Positions 27,603 to 37,771 of a stretch of DNA of 64,000 bases are shown in pieces. A program made the position numbers and the translations under genes. The DNA lies in the NCBI GenBank assembly GCA_021780755.1, contig JAJXYF010000008.1, forward strand, positions 66,621-130,620. Reading direction: 5' to 3'. Source of the DNA: Deltaproteobacteria bacterium (lineage in GTDB: Bacteria > Desulfobacterota > Binatia > Binatales > Binataceae). Within the stretch, counting starts at the first letter, position 1. The number at the start of each line of letters is the position of its first letter. Under the pieces are notes generated by a model that saw only the letters and a list, made by a program, of their open reading frames with translations, was not told the DNA's origin and did no database searches.

Positions 27603-27620
27603 GTGCGTCGATCGACGCAC
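27603..27620. repeat. 18-bp perfect palindrome GTGCGTCGATCGACGCAC, 2 nt 3' of the NHL-protein stop codon
   Basis: Read directly. Self-complementary, in the 200-nt spacer that also holds the promoter of paralog 1. Confidence 0.4.
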
Positions 27621-27622
27621 CC

Positions 27623-30600
27623 CTAGGAGCCGCTTCCAAACAGATTGATCGTTTGTGGGCTGTTGGTGGCGTTGTCCTGGATCGTAATCGTCGCAGTCTG
27701 TTTGCCCTTCGCCGTCGAAGTGTGGGTAACAACTATCTTGCAGGTCCTGCCCCTCGCGATCGACGCACCGGTGCAGCCGTCCGAAATGATCTTGAACGCA
27801 CCTGAAGGATTCGAGTTGTCCGTCAACGCGACCTGTGCGATGTCGATTGGTCCCTTATTGAAGAACGGATTGCGCAAAATGATATTCCTCGGTAAGGATG
27901 TTTTACCTACTTTAAGTAGGCCGAGGCCGACCGACGCCGGAAATCCGAGCTTGCCCGGCGGTATCGACAGTGTGCCCAGGTCCACCGGCGGTCCGCTGAC
28001 CGAGCCACTGCCCGGCGTCACCTGCGTCACCATTTGATCCGACAGAGTAACGTTTTTCGGCAGCGGCGAAGCGACGGTGCCGGTCAATGTGAAGTTTGTC
28101 GTCCCGGCTGAAGGAATTGGTGGTGCCGAGATCGTGAACGTTGTCGAACTCCCGATTGTTCCGACCAGCGTGCCGTTGGTCAGGTTGAGTCCTGAAAAAA
28201 ACGTCGGATTGGAGAGCGAGAGTTGCACGGCAGTTACCGACAGGGGGCCGCAACTCTGGTTGGTCACGCTGAATGTTCCCGCGGACACGGTCGAGCCCGG
28301 TGTGACGTTACCAGTCGCCGGGGGAGGTACGAGCGCGACCACCGCACCGGTGCCGCAAACCGTCAGAGTGTCCATCGATGCGGGCAGGCCGGTGAAAGAG
28401 ACCGGTACTGCGTGCGCCAGCGCGGTGACTGCCGTCACGTTCTGCGTGGAACTCGATGGCGCGGAGGCCCCGGGCGCCAGCGTCCCGGTGAGGGTGAACG
28501 TAACTTGACTCGAGGACGGAATCATCACCGGCGGTGCGAAACCGAAGTTCGTCGTTGCCGCGATCGAAGCGGATGAGGAGGAGGGATTGTTCGCAACCCC
28601 GGCGGTCAGCGTCAGTGAGCTGAAGAGCGCCGGATTACTCAGTGCTATCTTGCCCGAGGTCAGGAACTCAGCGCTACCGAGAGTATTGCTGATGGTAAAG
28701 CTGCCCAGTGTGACCGCGTTGCCGGGAGATCCGGTAGTGGTCGCGCCGGCCCCCGCGACGGAGCCGCCTGCCGAGACTGCGCCGAAAGGCTGCTGGTACT
28801 CGAGGACTCGATTATTGCCGGCGTCGGCTACGTAAAGGTTCGCCGCTTCGTCGAACGCCACGCTGGAGCCGTAACAGAGCGAGTCTGCCGCCGCGTTCAG
28901 ACCCAACTCCGGACCGCCGGCACCGTTGCAAAAGCCGGCCGTATAGCTCGAGACCGATTGGCCAAACAGGATATCCTCACCCTGGCCGTCGGTCAGCGGA
29001 GTGTCGAATTCAACCACGCGGCTGTTGGCGGCGTCCGCCACGAAGACGTTGCCCGCGGGATCGAGCGCAACGCCGGTCGGAAAGCAGAGCCCTTGATAGC
29101 TGAGCAGACAGGAATTGCCGATGAAGTTCGACTGGCCCAGGACCAGGTCAGCGAAGGTGTCGCCCGCGCAACCGCTGCCGTCGGGGTTGGGTACGCATGC
29201 ACCCGCTGTAGCGAGCGGCGAGAGATACTCGAGCAGGCGGCTGTCACCAGCGTCCGTTACATAAAGACTGTTCGACGAATCGAGGGCCAGGCCCACCGGC
29301 TCGCAGAGACTATCGGTGCCGAGTCCGCTGGAATCGCTGCCGTTGATGCCATTGTCGCAGCCCGCCATGGTCGGGCTGGGTTGTCCGAAGATCTTGTTCG
29401 CGGTGGCCGACAAGGGCGAATTGTACTCGAGGATTCGCGAATCCTTGAAATCCGAGACATAGAGGTCGCCGGCGCCGTCGAGTGCTACCGCGATCGGCTG
29501 GCAGAGCGTGGTGGCATTGACCCCGCCGGTGTCGCATCCACTGGTCGTGAACTTGCCCGCCTGTCCGAATACTCGATTCGCCGGCGGATCCTGCACGAGC
29601 GGATTCGGTAGAAAGGGCGGATTGAACTCGAGGACGCGGTTGTTGCCGAGATCGGCGACGAAGAGATTACCCGAGGCGTCGGCGGCGAGGCCCATCGGTT
29701 CGCACAGTGTGTTTGCGGTCGGCGCGGAGAGCCCCCGATTACAGGTGGCCGAATTGAAGTCGATTTGGCCGATACTGAGATCAGCCGGCTGGCCGTTGGT
29801 AAAGGCGACGGTGTTTTTCCATCCGAGCACCCGATTGTTGCCGCTGTCGGTCACGAACACATGATTGCTGGAATCGACGAACACCGACGCGAGCGAATTA
29901 AGACCGCCCACAGGGAGCGCCTGATTGAGTGGATTAGCCGGGATGCTGGCGTCGGTTTGGATCGTCGCCGCTGCCAACGGGCCGACGAGCGCCGGCGCGA
30001 TTAGCGGGAAAAGCCCTTCGAGCAGCACCTGTGCACCTGATTTGGTGATGTTGAAGGCTTGCGTCGTCCCTTGGCTGTTGAGTCCGATACCGTCAACCAG
30101 GTTCGCCGAATAATTGCTGAAGTTGGTTTGCCCGAGGACCGCGAATGCCGCCTGCCCGTTCGTGGTTACCTGCTTGTAGCGCAGCACGCGATCGTTCTGA
30201 GCGGTTGCGATAACGCCCGGCGTGAGCCCGGTGGAAGACGTCAGGTTATCGACTACGAAGACGTCGGACGCGCCACCGTCCGGGAGCGTCGCGACCCCCT
30301 CGGGTTCCGAGAGAGAACTCGCCGTAATGACAGGGGTACTGCCACCGTTGAAATTTGGACTTCGGCTGGAAAAATTCAGCTGCCCGAGGACAAGGTCCGC
30401 CGCGGTGTCTCCAGGGCATCCACTCCCGTCCGGGTTGGGTGTGCATCCGCCGGGCGAGGCCAGCGGGTTGAGATATTCGAGCACGCGGCTGTTGGCCGCA
30501 TCGGAGACCCAGAGGTTGCTATTGGTATCGAGCGCGAGCGAATGAGGCCCGCACAGCGTCAGCGGATTGACGGTCGGCGGATTTGCGTTCGCATCGCAAA

Positions 30601-31660
30601 ACGCGGTCGTGAAGCTGCTCGACGGCTGCCCGAAGACCAGATTCGCGTTCGGTTGAGCCGTATGGCTCGTGACCGGGTCGCTATATTCGAGGACGCGATT
30701 ATTGCCTCGATCAACGACGTAAACGCTGTCGTTGGCGTCAACGGCGTCAACCGCGATCCCCGTAGGCAGGCAGAGCGAGTTCTGCGAAGTGGGATCGCCG
30801 GTCGCATTATTGCCGTTGTTATTACAAATCTTGTGCGTGAAATCGGGCTGGCCGATTACCAGGTTCGCGATGGTGTTGAAGCTCGACGCCCCGTTGTCGT
30901 ACTCCAGCACGCGATGGTCGTTGGTATCGACAATGAACAGATTCTGCGAAGCGTCAATCGCGATTCCCTGCGGTTGGCACAGCGCGCCCGCAGTGGTGGT
31001 GCTGACGTGATTACATCCGGTGTTGGTCGCGAAGGAGCCGCCCTGACCGAAAACCTCCTTCGCATTCATGCCGGAGACGAAAGGCGGTTCGAAGACCAGC
31101 ACGCGATTGTTCTGCGTATCGGCGACCCATAGATTTCCCGACACGGGATCAATCGCAAGCGCGGTCGGGCCGGCCAAATTCGATTGGGTCGGCGTTGCCG
31201 CGGGCTGGCCGGCGGTGTTGTTGACGAAATACGAATTGAAATCGGGTTGCCCGAGAACAAATTTCGCCTTGTCGCCATTGGCGAAGCTTGTCGCGCTGAG
31301 CCATCCAAGCACGCGGTTATTGCCCGTATCCGCAACCCAAAGCGTGCCGTCGAGACCTACGACCACTCCAGCCTGGTTTCGTAACGCTTCGCTGGTGACC
31401 CCGAAGGTGCCGTTGGTCTCGTTGATGGCGACGCCCGTATCCAGCCCGACGTTCAAGCCTTGCGCATCAACGGAGTTCACCCCGGCTTTGCTGAAATCCA
31501 ACTGTCCGAGCACCGCGTCGGCGACGTTGCTGGTGCCGTCGAAGGTGGCGTGAGCGAGACCGGTCAGGAAACCTGCCGAAGTGATGAAGGTGAGCGTCAA
31601 AAAAAACAGGAACAGCGGTATCCGGCGATTTCGGTGCGACGTCGCTTGGTCGTGCGGCAT
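27623..31660 (-). CDS. 1345-aa secreted NHL-repeat beta-propeller protein with C-terminal choice-of-anchor-D-like Ig domains
   Basis: Signal peptide. More than 15 NHL-type repeats (NNRVLGW, NNRVLVFEPPF, DHRVLEYDN, NSRVLEYLNP, NSRVVEFDTP ...). The C-terminal ~400 aa are Ser/Thr/Gly-rich Ig-like modules, ending in a choice-of-anchor-D-type motif (TCKIVVTHT...ATITIQDNATNSPQTINLFGSG). Confidence 0.7.
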   Translation of the reverse strand: MPHDQATSHRNRRIPLFLFFLTLTFITSAGFLTGLAHATFDGTSNVADAVLGQLDFSKAGVNSVDAQGLNVGLDTGVAINETNGTFGVTSEALRNQAGVVVGLDGTLWVADTGNNRVLGWLSATSFANGDKAKFVLGQPDFNSYFVNNTAGQPAATPTQSNLAGPTALAIDPVSGNLWVADTQNNRVLVFEPPFVSGMNAKEVFGQGGSFATNTGCNHVSTTTAGALCQPQGIAIDASQNLFIVDTNDHRVLEYDNGASSFNTIANLVIGQPDFTHKICNNNGNNATGDPTSQNSLCLPTGIAVDAVDANDSVYVVDRGNNRVLEYSDPVTSHTAQPNANLVFGQPSSSFTTAFCDANANPPTVNPLTLCGPHSLALDTNSNLWVSDAANSRVLEYLNPLASPGGCTPNPDGSGCPGDTAADLVLGQLNFSSRSPNFNGGSTPVITASSLSEPEGVATLPDGGASDVFVVDNLTSSTGLTPGVIATAQNDRVLRYKQVTTNGQAAFAVLGQTNFSNYSANLVDGIGLNSQGTTQAFNITKSGAQVLLEGLFPLIAPALVGPLAAATIQTDASIPANPLNQALPVGGLNSLASVFVDSSNHVFVTDSGNNRVLGWKNTVAFTNGQPADLSIGQIDFNSATCNRGLSAPTANTLCEPMGLAADASGNLFVADLGNNRVLEFNPPFLPNPLVQDPPANRVFGQAGKFTTSGCDTGGVNATTLCQPIAVALDGAGDLYVSDFKDSRILEYNSPLSATANKIFGQPSPTMAGCDNGINGSDSSGLGTDSLCEPVGLALDSSNSLYVTDAGDSRLLEYLSPLATAGACVPNPDGSGCAGDTFADLVLGQSNFIGNSCLLSYQGLCFPTGVALDPAGNVFVADAANSRVVEFDTPLTDGQGEDILFGQSVSSYTAGFCNGAGGPELGLNAAADSLCYGSSVAFDEAANLYVADAGNNRVLEYQQPFGAVSAGGSVAGAGATTTGSPGNAVTLGSFTISNTLGSAEFLTSGKIALSNPALFSSLTLTAGVANNPSSSSASIAATTNFGFAPPVMIPSSSQVTFTLTGTLAPGASAPSSSTQNVTAVTALAHAVPVSFTGLPASMDTLTVCGTGAVVALVPPPATGNVTPGSTVSAGTFSVTNQSCGPLSVTAVQLSLSNPTFFSGLNLTNGTLVGTIGSSTTFTISAPPIPSAGTTNFTLTGTVASPLPKNVTLSDQMVTQVTPGSGSVSGPPVDLGTLSIPPGKLGFPASVGLGLLKVGKTSLPRNIILRNPFFNKGPIDIAQVALTDNSNPSGAFKIISDGCTGASIARGRTCKIVVTHTSTAKGKQTATITIQDNATNSPQTINLFGSGS

Positions 31661-31965
31661 TTAGTTATCTATCCCCCTCGAACGCCTTGCCGGTGATCTA
31701 TTTTCAACCGCGCTGAACTTGAGCTGAATGTGTCTAAATTAACTTAATTTCAGCTATTTGCTAAATTAAACAGGTCAAGTCGCCTAATAACGAGCGTCAT
31801 ATTATTCGGCGCTCGCCTCGTTGGTCAAACTTTTCGATTCCGACAGGGAACCCCTCTTCGGAAAAAGCGTCACATCTGAGCTTGGCGTAACGCTCTACAC
31901 TATGTCGTCCCGGAGTTCGTGTTTCTCAGCGTAAATCACGTGCAGCCTGCCGTAACGGACTCGAC

Positions 31966-34014
31966 CTAGGGCATCAATGTCGCGCTGTGTTGGGAACGTG
32001 GAACGGTCATATTCGGAAGTGCGAAGAATCCTTCTGTATTCGAATTGAAAAGCTCCGCACTACGGAGTGTCGCAGGTTTCGTGCTATTGATTCCGCCCGT
32101 AACCAGCGCTGACCCGGCAAGCGGTCCGCTCGCAAAGGCGACTGCGGAACTAAACGCTCGAGCGGTCGCCATTATCGGCATACAGTTAGTGCCGAGCGGG
32201 GTTCGCCCTCCGACGCAGGCGAAATTATTATGAACCGGATCGAATAATTCTGCCGACGACAGGCTCGTCCCACCGACGTCGAGACCGCCCATCACGAGTG
32301 TAAGGCCGCTTAATGATCCCACCGCCAGAGAGGCGAAGGATTCTGCCTGGCGCTGGTCGATCATCGTTGGACCCTCGGCCAGAACCTGGCTGGCGGGGGT
32401 GTAAATATCGGTGGATCGCAAAGCCGAACCGGGGTTTACGAACTCACTCGCGTCATCACCGCCAACCATGATGACGCGGCCGCTCGAGCCCGCCACCGCA
32501 ACATCCTTCCAACGCGCACTGCTGAGCGAGCGTTTGCACAGACCCGTGGCACTATCCACCCCTCCGACACAGCTGAAACTCTCGCTGGCCTGATCGAACA
32601 CTTCCGCGCTGTCTAGCGCGTTGCCGGAGCTATCCAAGCCACCAGCTACCAGCACGTCGCCCTCCTCCTCGCAGCCGATACCGCATCCCGCCATCAACTG
32701 TGCGGTGTGGTAGCTGCGTCCTGTATTGAGAGTGCCGGCGGTGAACGAAAATGTCCCGCTTAGGGGGTCGAACAACTCCGCGGTAGGGTCCGGTACCCCG
32801 CCGCTCGTCACGCCACCAGTGACGAGCACCATTCCCGCAAGTGGGCCCTCGGTAATCAAGGTTGCGCTGTGGTTCGCGCGTGGGTCTTCCAAAGGTCCGG
32901 TCGGGGTGAACTTGCCGGTTAGCGGATCATAGAGGTCAGCGCTGGCGGTTATGGCCCCGGAATTATTTGTTTGGCCACCAGTTATCAGAACCTGTCCGCC
33001 GAGGGCCGGAACAATTGCCGGATCCAGCCACGTCGCCGTATGCCCCACGCGCGGCACGCTCATGGAGCCGGTCATCTTGAATTTGCAGGCAACTGAATCG
33101 AACAATTCGGCCGAAGCGAGCGCTCCGCCCTTGCTGCTCAAACCGCCCGCAATCAGAACGTGGGGTCCGGGCGCACCTCCGCTCGCCACACCGATCACGG
33201 AGAGCGCTACACCTTGCTGCCCGCTAACGCCGTCGTCTGACACGATCAAGGCACCCGATTCCGGTACAGGGCAAAGCGGCGTCACGGTAAGGTCTATGGT
33301 GCAAGTTTGCCCTGCGTTGAGCATCCCGACACAATTGTTCGTTTGAATTTGAAAGCTGCCCGTCGTCTGCACCTGGGTGACTTGTAAAGCCACCGGATTG
33401 CCATTGGTAATTGAGACGGTCTTGCCTGTTGGGTTGGTTACCCCGTCGGTCTGTCTGCCAAAGGAAAGTGTCGCCGGACTGATTTTGAGCATGCCCGGCA
33501 CGCCGTGTCCGGTGAGCGGGATACTAAAGCTGCCGAGGTCGCTTTTGACCGTCAGCGTGCCCTCGCGAACTCCGAGCAGCGCCGGGGTGAAGGTAACGGT
33601 AATCCGGCAGGTAGAACCAACTGTTAGTGTGCCGCTACAAGTTGTACCACTGACCGCAAAATCCGCGGGGTCGGTGCCAAAGATCGCAACGGCCTTGATC
33701 GCGACAGCGACACCGTTGCGCGGGTTGATGAACTTGACCGATACCGGGGGACTGGTCGCCGAGGCTACAATACCGACCACCTCGTTGGGAAAAGCCAATA
33801 GTTTCGGCGTGAAATGCGGTGCTCCGGTGTTTGCGGCCCTCGCCTGTGGGGCGCCGAGAGCGATTGCCGCCGCGAAAAGAATCAGAGCGGTCAGGGTGTG
33901 CCAATAATTCTTCAATTCAGCGGTTGGACCTTGAACGGGCCGGTTTTGGTGTGCCGTAAGCGCGGATTTGAGAAAATTTCGGGTAGCAGCGAAATTCATG
34001 CGAAAACGTCCCAT
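31966..34014 (-). CDS. Kelch-repeat beta-propeller protein with N-terminal choice-of-anchor-D-like domains
   Basis: Signal peptide/TM. Two N-terminal domains with the choice-of-anchor-D pattern (TCSGTLTVGSTCRITVTFTP...GTLTV ... LTGHG). Then ~10 Kelch-like blades (AELFDP..G.F.......R..H.ATL...G.VLV.GG repeated). Confidence 0.65.
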   Translation of the reverse strand: MGRFRMNFAATRNFLKSALTAHQNRPVQGPTAELKNYWHTLTALILFAAAIALGAPQARAANTGAPHFTPKLLAFPNEVVGIVASATSPPVSVKFINPRNGVAVAIKAVAIFGTDPADFAVSGTTCSGTLTVGSTCRITVTFTPALLGVREGTLTVKSDLGSFSIPLTGHGVPGMLKISPATLSFGRQTDGVTNPTGKTVSITNGNPVALQVTQVQTTGSFQIQTNNCVGMLNAGQTCTIDLTVTPLCPVPESGALIVSDDGVSGQQGVALSVIGVASGGAPGPHVLIAGGLSSKGGALASAELFDSVACKFKMTGSMSVPRVGHTATWLDPAIVPALGGQVLITGGQTNNSGAITASADLYDPLTGKFTPTGPLEDPRANHSATLITEGPLAGMVLVTGGVTSGGVPDPTAELFDPLSGTFSFTAGTLNTGRSYHTAQLMAGCGIGCEEEGDVLVAGGLDSSGNALDSAEVFDQASESFSCVGGVDSATGLCKRSLSSARWKDVAVAGSSGRVIMVGGDDASEFVNPGSALRSTDIYTPASQVLAEGPTMIDQRQAESFASLAVGSLSGLTLVMGGLDVGGTSLSSAELFDPVHNNFACVGGRTPLGTNCMPIMATARAFSSAVAFASGPLAGSALVTGGINSTKPATLRSAELFNSNTEGFFALPNMTVPRSQHSATLMP

Positions 34015-34329
34015 TTTTGCCGGTGATCATCGGTTGATTGCCTAGTACAGACAAAGAAATCCCTTTGTGGGGGTCTTTTGCCTAGCTCACCCCAAGAATG
34101 ATGGTCAAAATCGCATTAGAGTGCATCTGATTGCTCATTGCCATACCAGTTTGTGCGTTCTATAAATGATTTATGGCAATTAGTTTGTCAAACCTCCTAA
34201 TTTAATCCGGGGTGCCTCTTGACTACCTCTAAAAGTAAACATAAATCGGATTAATCAACTCCTGTGTGATCTTGATAACCCTGAACTCCCAGCGTCCGGC
34301 TGGCACGAATTGCTAAAAGAGGCCGAAAC

Positions 34330-36126
34330 GTGAATCGATCAGGAAAACGCGGATCCCGGCTATTTGCAGCGCTCTTGGCGATAGGGGCATCGGTTTGCAT
34401 TGCACCCTCCGTTGACGCCGCAGGTTGGGTCAATGGCGACGTCGCGGTGGCGGTAGGGGGAGTTGCACCCGGGGGTGCGGTTGGCGGCAAAGATGTAACC
34501 TTCGGTGCCTATTCGATAGTGGGGCAGGACGTAATTGCCAGCTCCAGTACAGTCGAGCTGAATAATTACGCAAAAGCGCTCGGCGCATGTGTCACAGGCG
34601 GTAATCCGCTCAACCTTAAAATCGGCGCAATCTGCGGTTCCTCCGATACTTCAGGCACCAATCCTGACCTCGCAACCCTGACCAGCGCAATCACGGACTT
34701 GGCAACGTTTGAAACCGCGCTCAGCGGTGCTGCTTCAACGCAGACGATACCGGCGGTAAACCTGGCCGATAGCGGAACCCAGACGATTAGCGACAGCGTA
34801 GCCGGCCTGAACATAATCTCCGTTCCGTCGGTGACGTTGGGCAATTCGTCCACCCTGACGCTATCCGGCCTCGCCGCTGACACCCTCGTTCTCAATATCA
34901 GTGGTGCCCTGGCGATTGGTGACGGTGCGGCCATCAGACTGGCCGGTGGTCTCGTACCCGCGAACGTAATCATCAATGTCGGCGGTTTGGTGACCGCGTG
35001 GAATGCTTCGAGCACCTTAAATGGGACTTTGCTCGCTCTGAACAGTGCTTGCACCGGAACCACCGGGATTACGATCAATGGCGCGGTTGTTTGTAGCGGT
35101 AGCCTGAATTTTGGCCATAACGCGCGCCTCAATTTTTTTGCGTCCAAGGCGTCGATTTCCTCGACTACATTGGGCACGGCGCTCGCCTTTGCGGCGCTTA
35201 GCGAAACTGGCGACGTCAGCTTCGGCAACGTATCGCATGTTAGTGATAATCAGCTTGCCAGCTACAAGGTGTACGACAACAGCGGGAATTTCCTCGGCTC
35301 CGTATTCAACGGCCTGCAGATTACGCCCAATCTGACTGGAGGCTGCGCGTTCAATAATAACGGCAACAAGCTTTATACAACCGATTTTACGGCGACCAAG
35401 CTAACTCTGTACGACAGCACCAGTCCGCATCCGATCGATCAGACACTGAACCCGGGAACCAAGATCGGGGCGACCAGTCACGCCGAATCGATCGTCTTCG
35501 ACCACGCGGGCAACTTTTATGTCGGCAGTCCCGACGGGCAAAAGCTGCTCAAATACAGCAGCACAAATGTTTTGCAGACGGTTTTCAGCCCGAATGTGGA
35601 GAGTGGCGCCCGCGGAATCGATTGGATCGATCTGGCACCCGACCAGTGCACTATCTTCTACACGTCTGAAGGGGTTGCGATCCGGCGCTTCAACGTTTGC
35701 ACTAATTCGCAATTGCCGGACTTTGTTGGCGGACTTTCCGAGTCAGGCGCTGCATACGGGCTCAAATTACTGCCGGACGGGTCGGTATTGTTGGCAGATC
35801 TGGACGAAGTGATCAGATTCGACTCGCTTGGGAACCAGATTCAGACCTACACCGCGCCGGGCGAGGTTGGGCCATTTCCGAGCGATTTTGGCTGGTTCGC
35901 GTTGGCGCTTGATACCGATGGCACTTCGTTCTGGGCCGCGAGCCAGTTCACCGGCAATTTCTACCGGTTCAATATCGCTACCGGGGCGATCGAGGTCGGA
36001 CCTATATCCTCGAACGCTACGAGCGGCATTCTAGGCGGAGTATGTCTGCGTGGAGAACCTGACGTAGCAAGAACGCTGCAATCATGCTCGTCATCAGCCA
36101 CACAAGGAAAATTCTTGTGTAACTGA
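34330..36126 (+). CDS. secreted DUF3494-like beta-helix domain (paralog 2) fused to a C-terminal beta-propeller-like domain
   Basis: Signal peptide. Residues ~60-330 are collinear with paralogs 1, 3 and 4 (LNNYAKALGACVTGG ... IPAVNLADSGTQTISDSVAGLNIISVPSVTLGNSSTLTLSG ... INGAVVCSGSLNFGHNARLNFF). The C-terminal ~270 aa contain repeated YVG/YTT/LLAD strand motifs typical of a propeller. Confidence 0.6.
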   Translation: MNRSGKRGSRLFAALLAIGASVCIAPSVDAAGWVNGDVAVAVGGVAPGGAVGGKDVTFGAYSIVGQDVIASSSTVELNNYAKALGACVTGGNPLNLKIGAICGSSDTSGTNPDLATLTSAITDLATFETALSGAASTQTIPAVNLADSGTQTISDSVAGLNIISVPSVTLGNSSTLTLSGLAADTLVLNISGALAIGDGAAIRLAGGLVPANVIINVGGLVTAWNASSTLNGTLLALNSACTGTTGITINGAVVCSGSLNFGHNARLNFFASKASISSTTLGTALAFAALSETGDVSFGNVSHVSDNQLASYKVYDNSGNFLGSVFNGLQITPNLTGGCAFNNNGNKLYTTDFTATKLTLYDSTSPHPIDQTLNPGTKIGATSHAESIVFDHAGNFYVGSPDGQKLLKYSSTNVLQTVFSPNVESGARGIDWIDLAPDQCTIFYTSEGVAIRRFNVCTNSQLPDFVGGLSESGAAYGLKLLPDGSVLLADLDEVIRFDSLGNQIQTYTAPGEVGPFPSDFGWFALALDTDGTSFWAASQFTGNFYRFNIATGAIEVGPISSNATSGILGGVCLRGEPDVARTLQSCSSSATQGKFLCN

Positions 36127-36448
36127 CGATGCATAAAGTCGCGAAAACTAGACATGATCGCTATTATCAAGTCGTGATAGTTTATAAGTGACCATGCCGA
36201 ATTGGACGGGGCCATTGCGATCAGTACATGAATAAGACAAAGTAGGGTGATAATCGCTACTAGCACTTACGCGCACGTTTTCCAGCTTCGACAGGTTTGA
36301 GATAGGTTTTAACACCTAACTCCTGATTGCGGCGACCCACATTGGATCGCGGTTAATATTTTGATTTAATGGCTGTTAAGACTTGAAATCGCTTGGATTA
36401 CAAGGAAGTTACAAAGTAAGAGTTTGTTTTGCTGTTTGAAGTGGTCTT

Positions 36449-37660
36449 ATGGACTGTCGCACTGTTTTACGACACATAAGGCCCTATTGTGTTGTCAAGC
36501 GGCCTCGCCGCATCCGCAACCGGTTCTTTGAGATTGTCTTGCAAAGTATCTCTATCTCACCCGTTACGCTCTTAATTGTGATGGTCATGACTGGTTGCGC
36601 CACTCCATCTCAGCAGGCTCCCATTAGCGCATCAAACCCGATTGAGTCGTCCGCGCGTCAGCAACCCTCAGCGGCAACGAGTTCGGGAGCGGCCGCCGTC
36701 AGTGGGTCCGGTCAGAGTACTACCGGTGACAGCGACGCCGAGCTGATGCGAATCTGGCAAGCTCGAGAAGCCGGTGGCGGAGGCGACTTCGCCCTCGGGC
36801 CGGGCGACCTAATCAGCATCAACTGCCCGGACGACGACGAATTCAACAATCAGTATCGAATTTCGGGCAATGGGACGATCACACTGCCATTGCTGGGTGA
36901 GGTCAAGATTGCAGGATTAACGCAGCAGCAAGCCGTGACCAGTCTGCAACAACAGCTTAAGCATTACTTGCGGCAGCCTCAGATCAATTTGCTGGTAACT
37001 GAATATCACAGCCGTGAAGTCGGAGTATTCGGGGCAGTTGCGAAGCCGGGTGTCTATAATTTGTCCGGTCCTAACGACACGATTCAGGACATGATTTCAC
37101 TTGCCGGCGGATTCGCAGTTGATGCCTCTCCGCGAGTGCAGTTCAGACCGGCAGAACTGGCGACGCAGAGAAGTGACAAGGGTGTGGGTGGGCTTTCCCC
37201 GGGCGTTCTGACGCCGACGCTCTCGATGGATGACGCGCAGAACGCGATCATGGTCGACGTTGACGACAAGTCCGAGCGCAATTTCCTCGGCATGCCGGCT
37301 CATCCCGGGGACATCATCAATGTTGCGGCTGACGGTCAGGTGTTGGTGGATGGATGGGTGAGCAAACCGGGGTCTTATCCGATTAGTCGGGACCTGAAAG
37401 TACTCGGCGCGATCGCCGCTGCCGGCGGTGCACTGTATCCTGCGAAAACGGACAAAATAAAAATCATTCGCAAAGACAACGAGGGCGCGCAGGTTCTCTA
37501 CGTTGATATCGATAAGGTCCAAAGTGGGGACGCTACCGATATTGCGGTTGAAGATGGCGACGTCATCGAAGTGCCGGTATCAGCCGCAAAAATAGTTCCC
37601 TACGGAGTTTACCAAACGGCGCTACAGCTTTTCCGCGCGGGAGCGTATGTGGCGCCGTGA
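36449..37660 (+). CDS. polysaccharide export protein (Wza/OPX family; Poly_export + SLBB domains)
   Basis: PES motif region (GPGDLISINCPDDDE), SLBB repeats (ISGNGTITLPLLGEVKIAGLT). A lipoprotein-type start is more plausible at TTG ~36539 (MQSISISPVTLLIVMVMTGC). Confidence 0.7.
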   Translation: MDCRTVLRHIRPYCVVKRPRRIRNRFFEIVLQSISISPVTLLIVMVMTGCATPSQQAPISASNPIESSARQQPSAATSSGAAAVSGSGQSTTGDSDAELMRIWQAREAGGGGDFALGPGDLISINCPDDDEFNNQYRISGNGTITLPLLGEVKIAGLTQQQAVTSLQQQLKHYLRQPQINLLVTEYHSREVGVFGAVAKPGVYNLSGPNDTIQDMISLAGGFAVDASPRVQFRPAELATQRSDKGVGGLSPGVLTPTLSMDDAQNAIMVDVDDKSERNFLGMPAHPGDIINVAADGQVLVDGWVSKPGSYPISRDLKVLGAIAAAGGALYPAKTDKIKIIRKDNEGAQVLYVDIDKVQSGDATDIAVEDGDVIEVPVSAAKIVPYGVYQTALQLFRAGAYVAP

Positions 37661-37771
37661 CCTTCGACGGGATGCGCGCCGCTTGAAGGTCATGTTGATG
37701 CCTCTTCTTTTCGAAGCACAAATGGCACGTGTAGCCGAGAATTCTCTCGGAGCGCCAGGAGCACGATTACT

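Noticed and set aside
36127-36448. Searched the EPS-locus leader for a JUMPstart/ops element (GGCGGTAG) and for a riboswitch-like structure
   Set aside because: No ops-like 8-mer was found. The leader is AT-rich without convincing conserved-structure signals that I can assess by eye.
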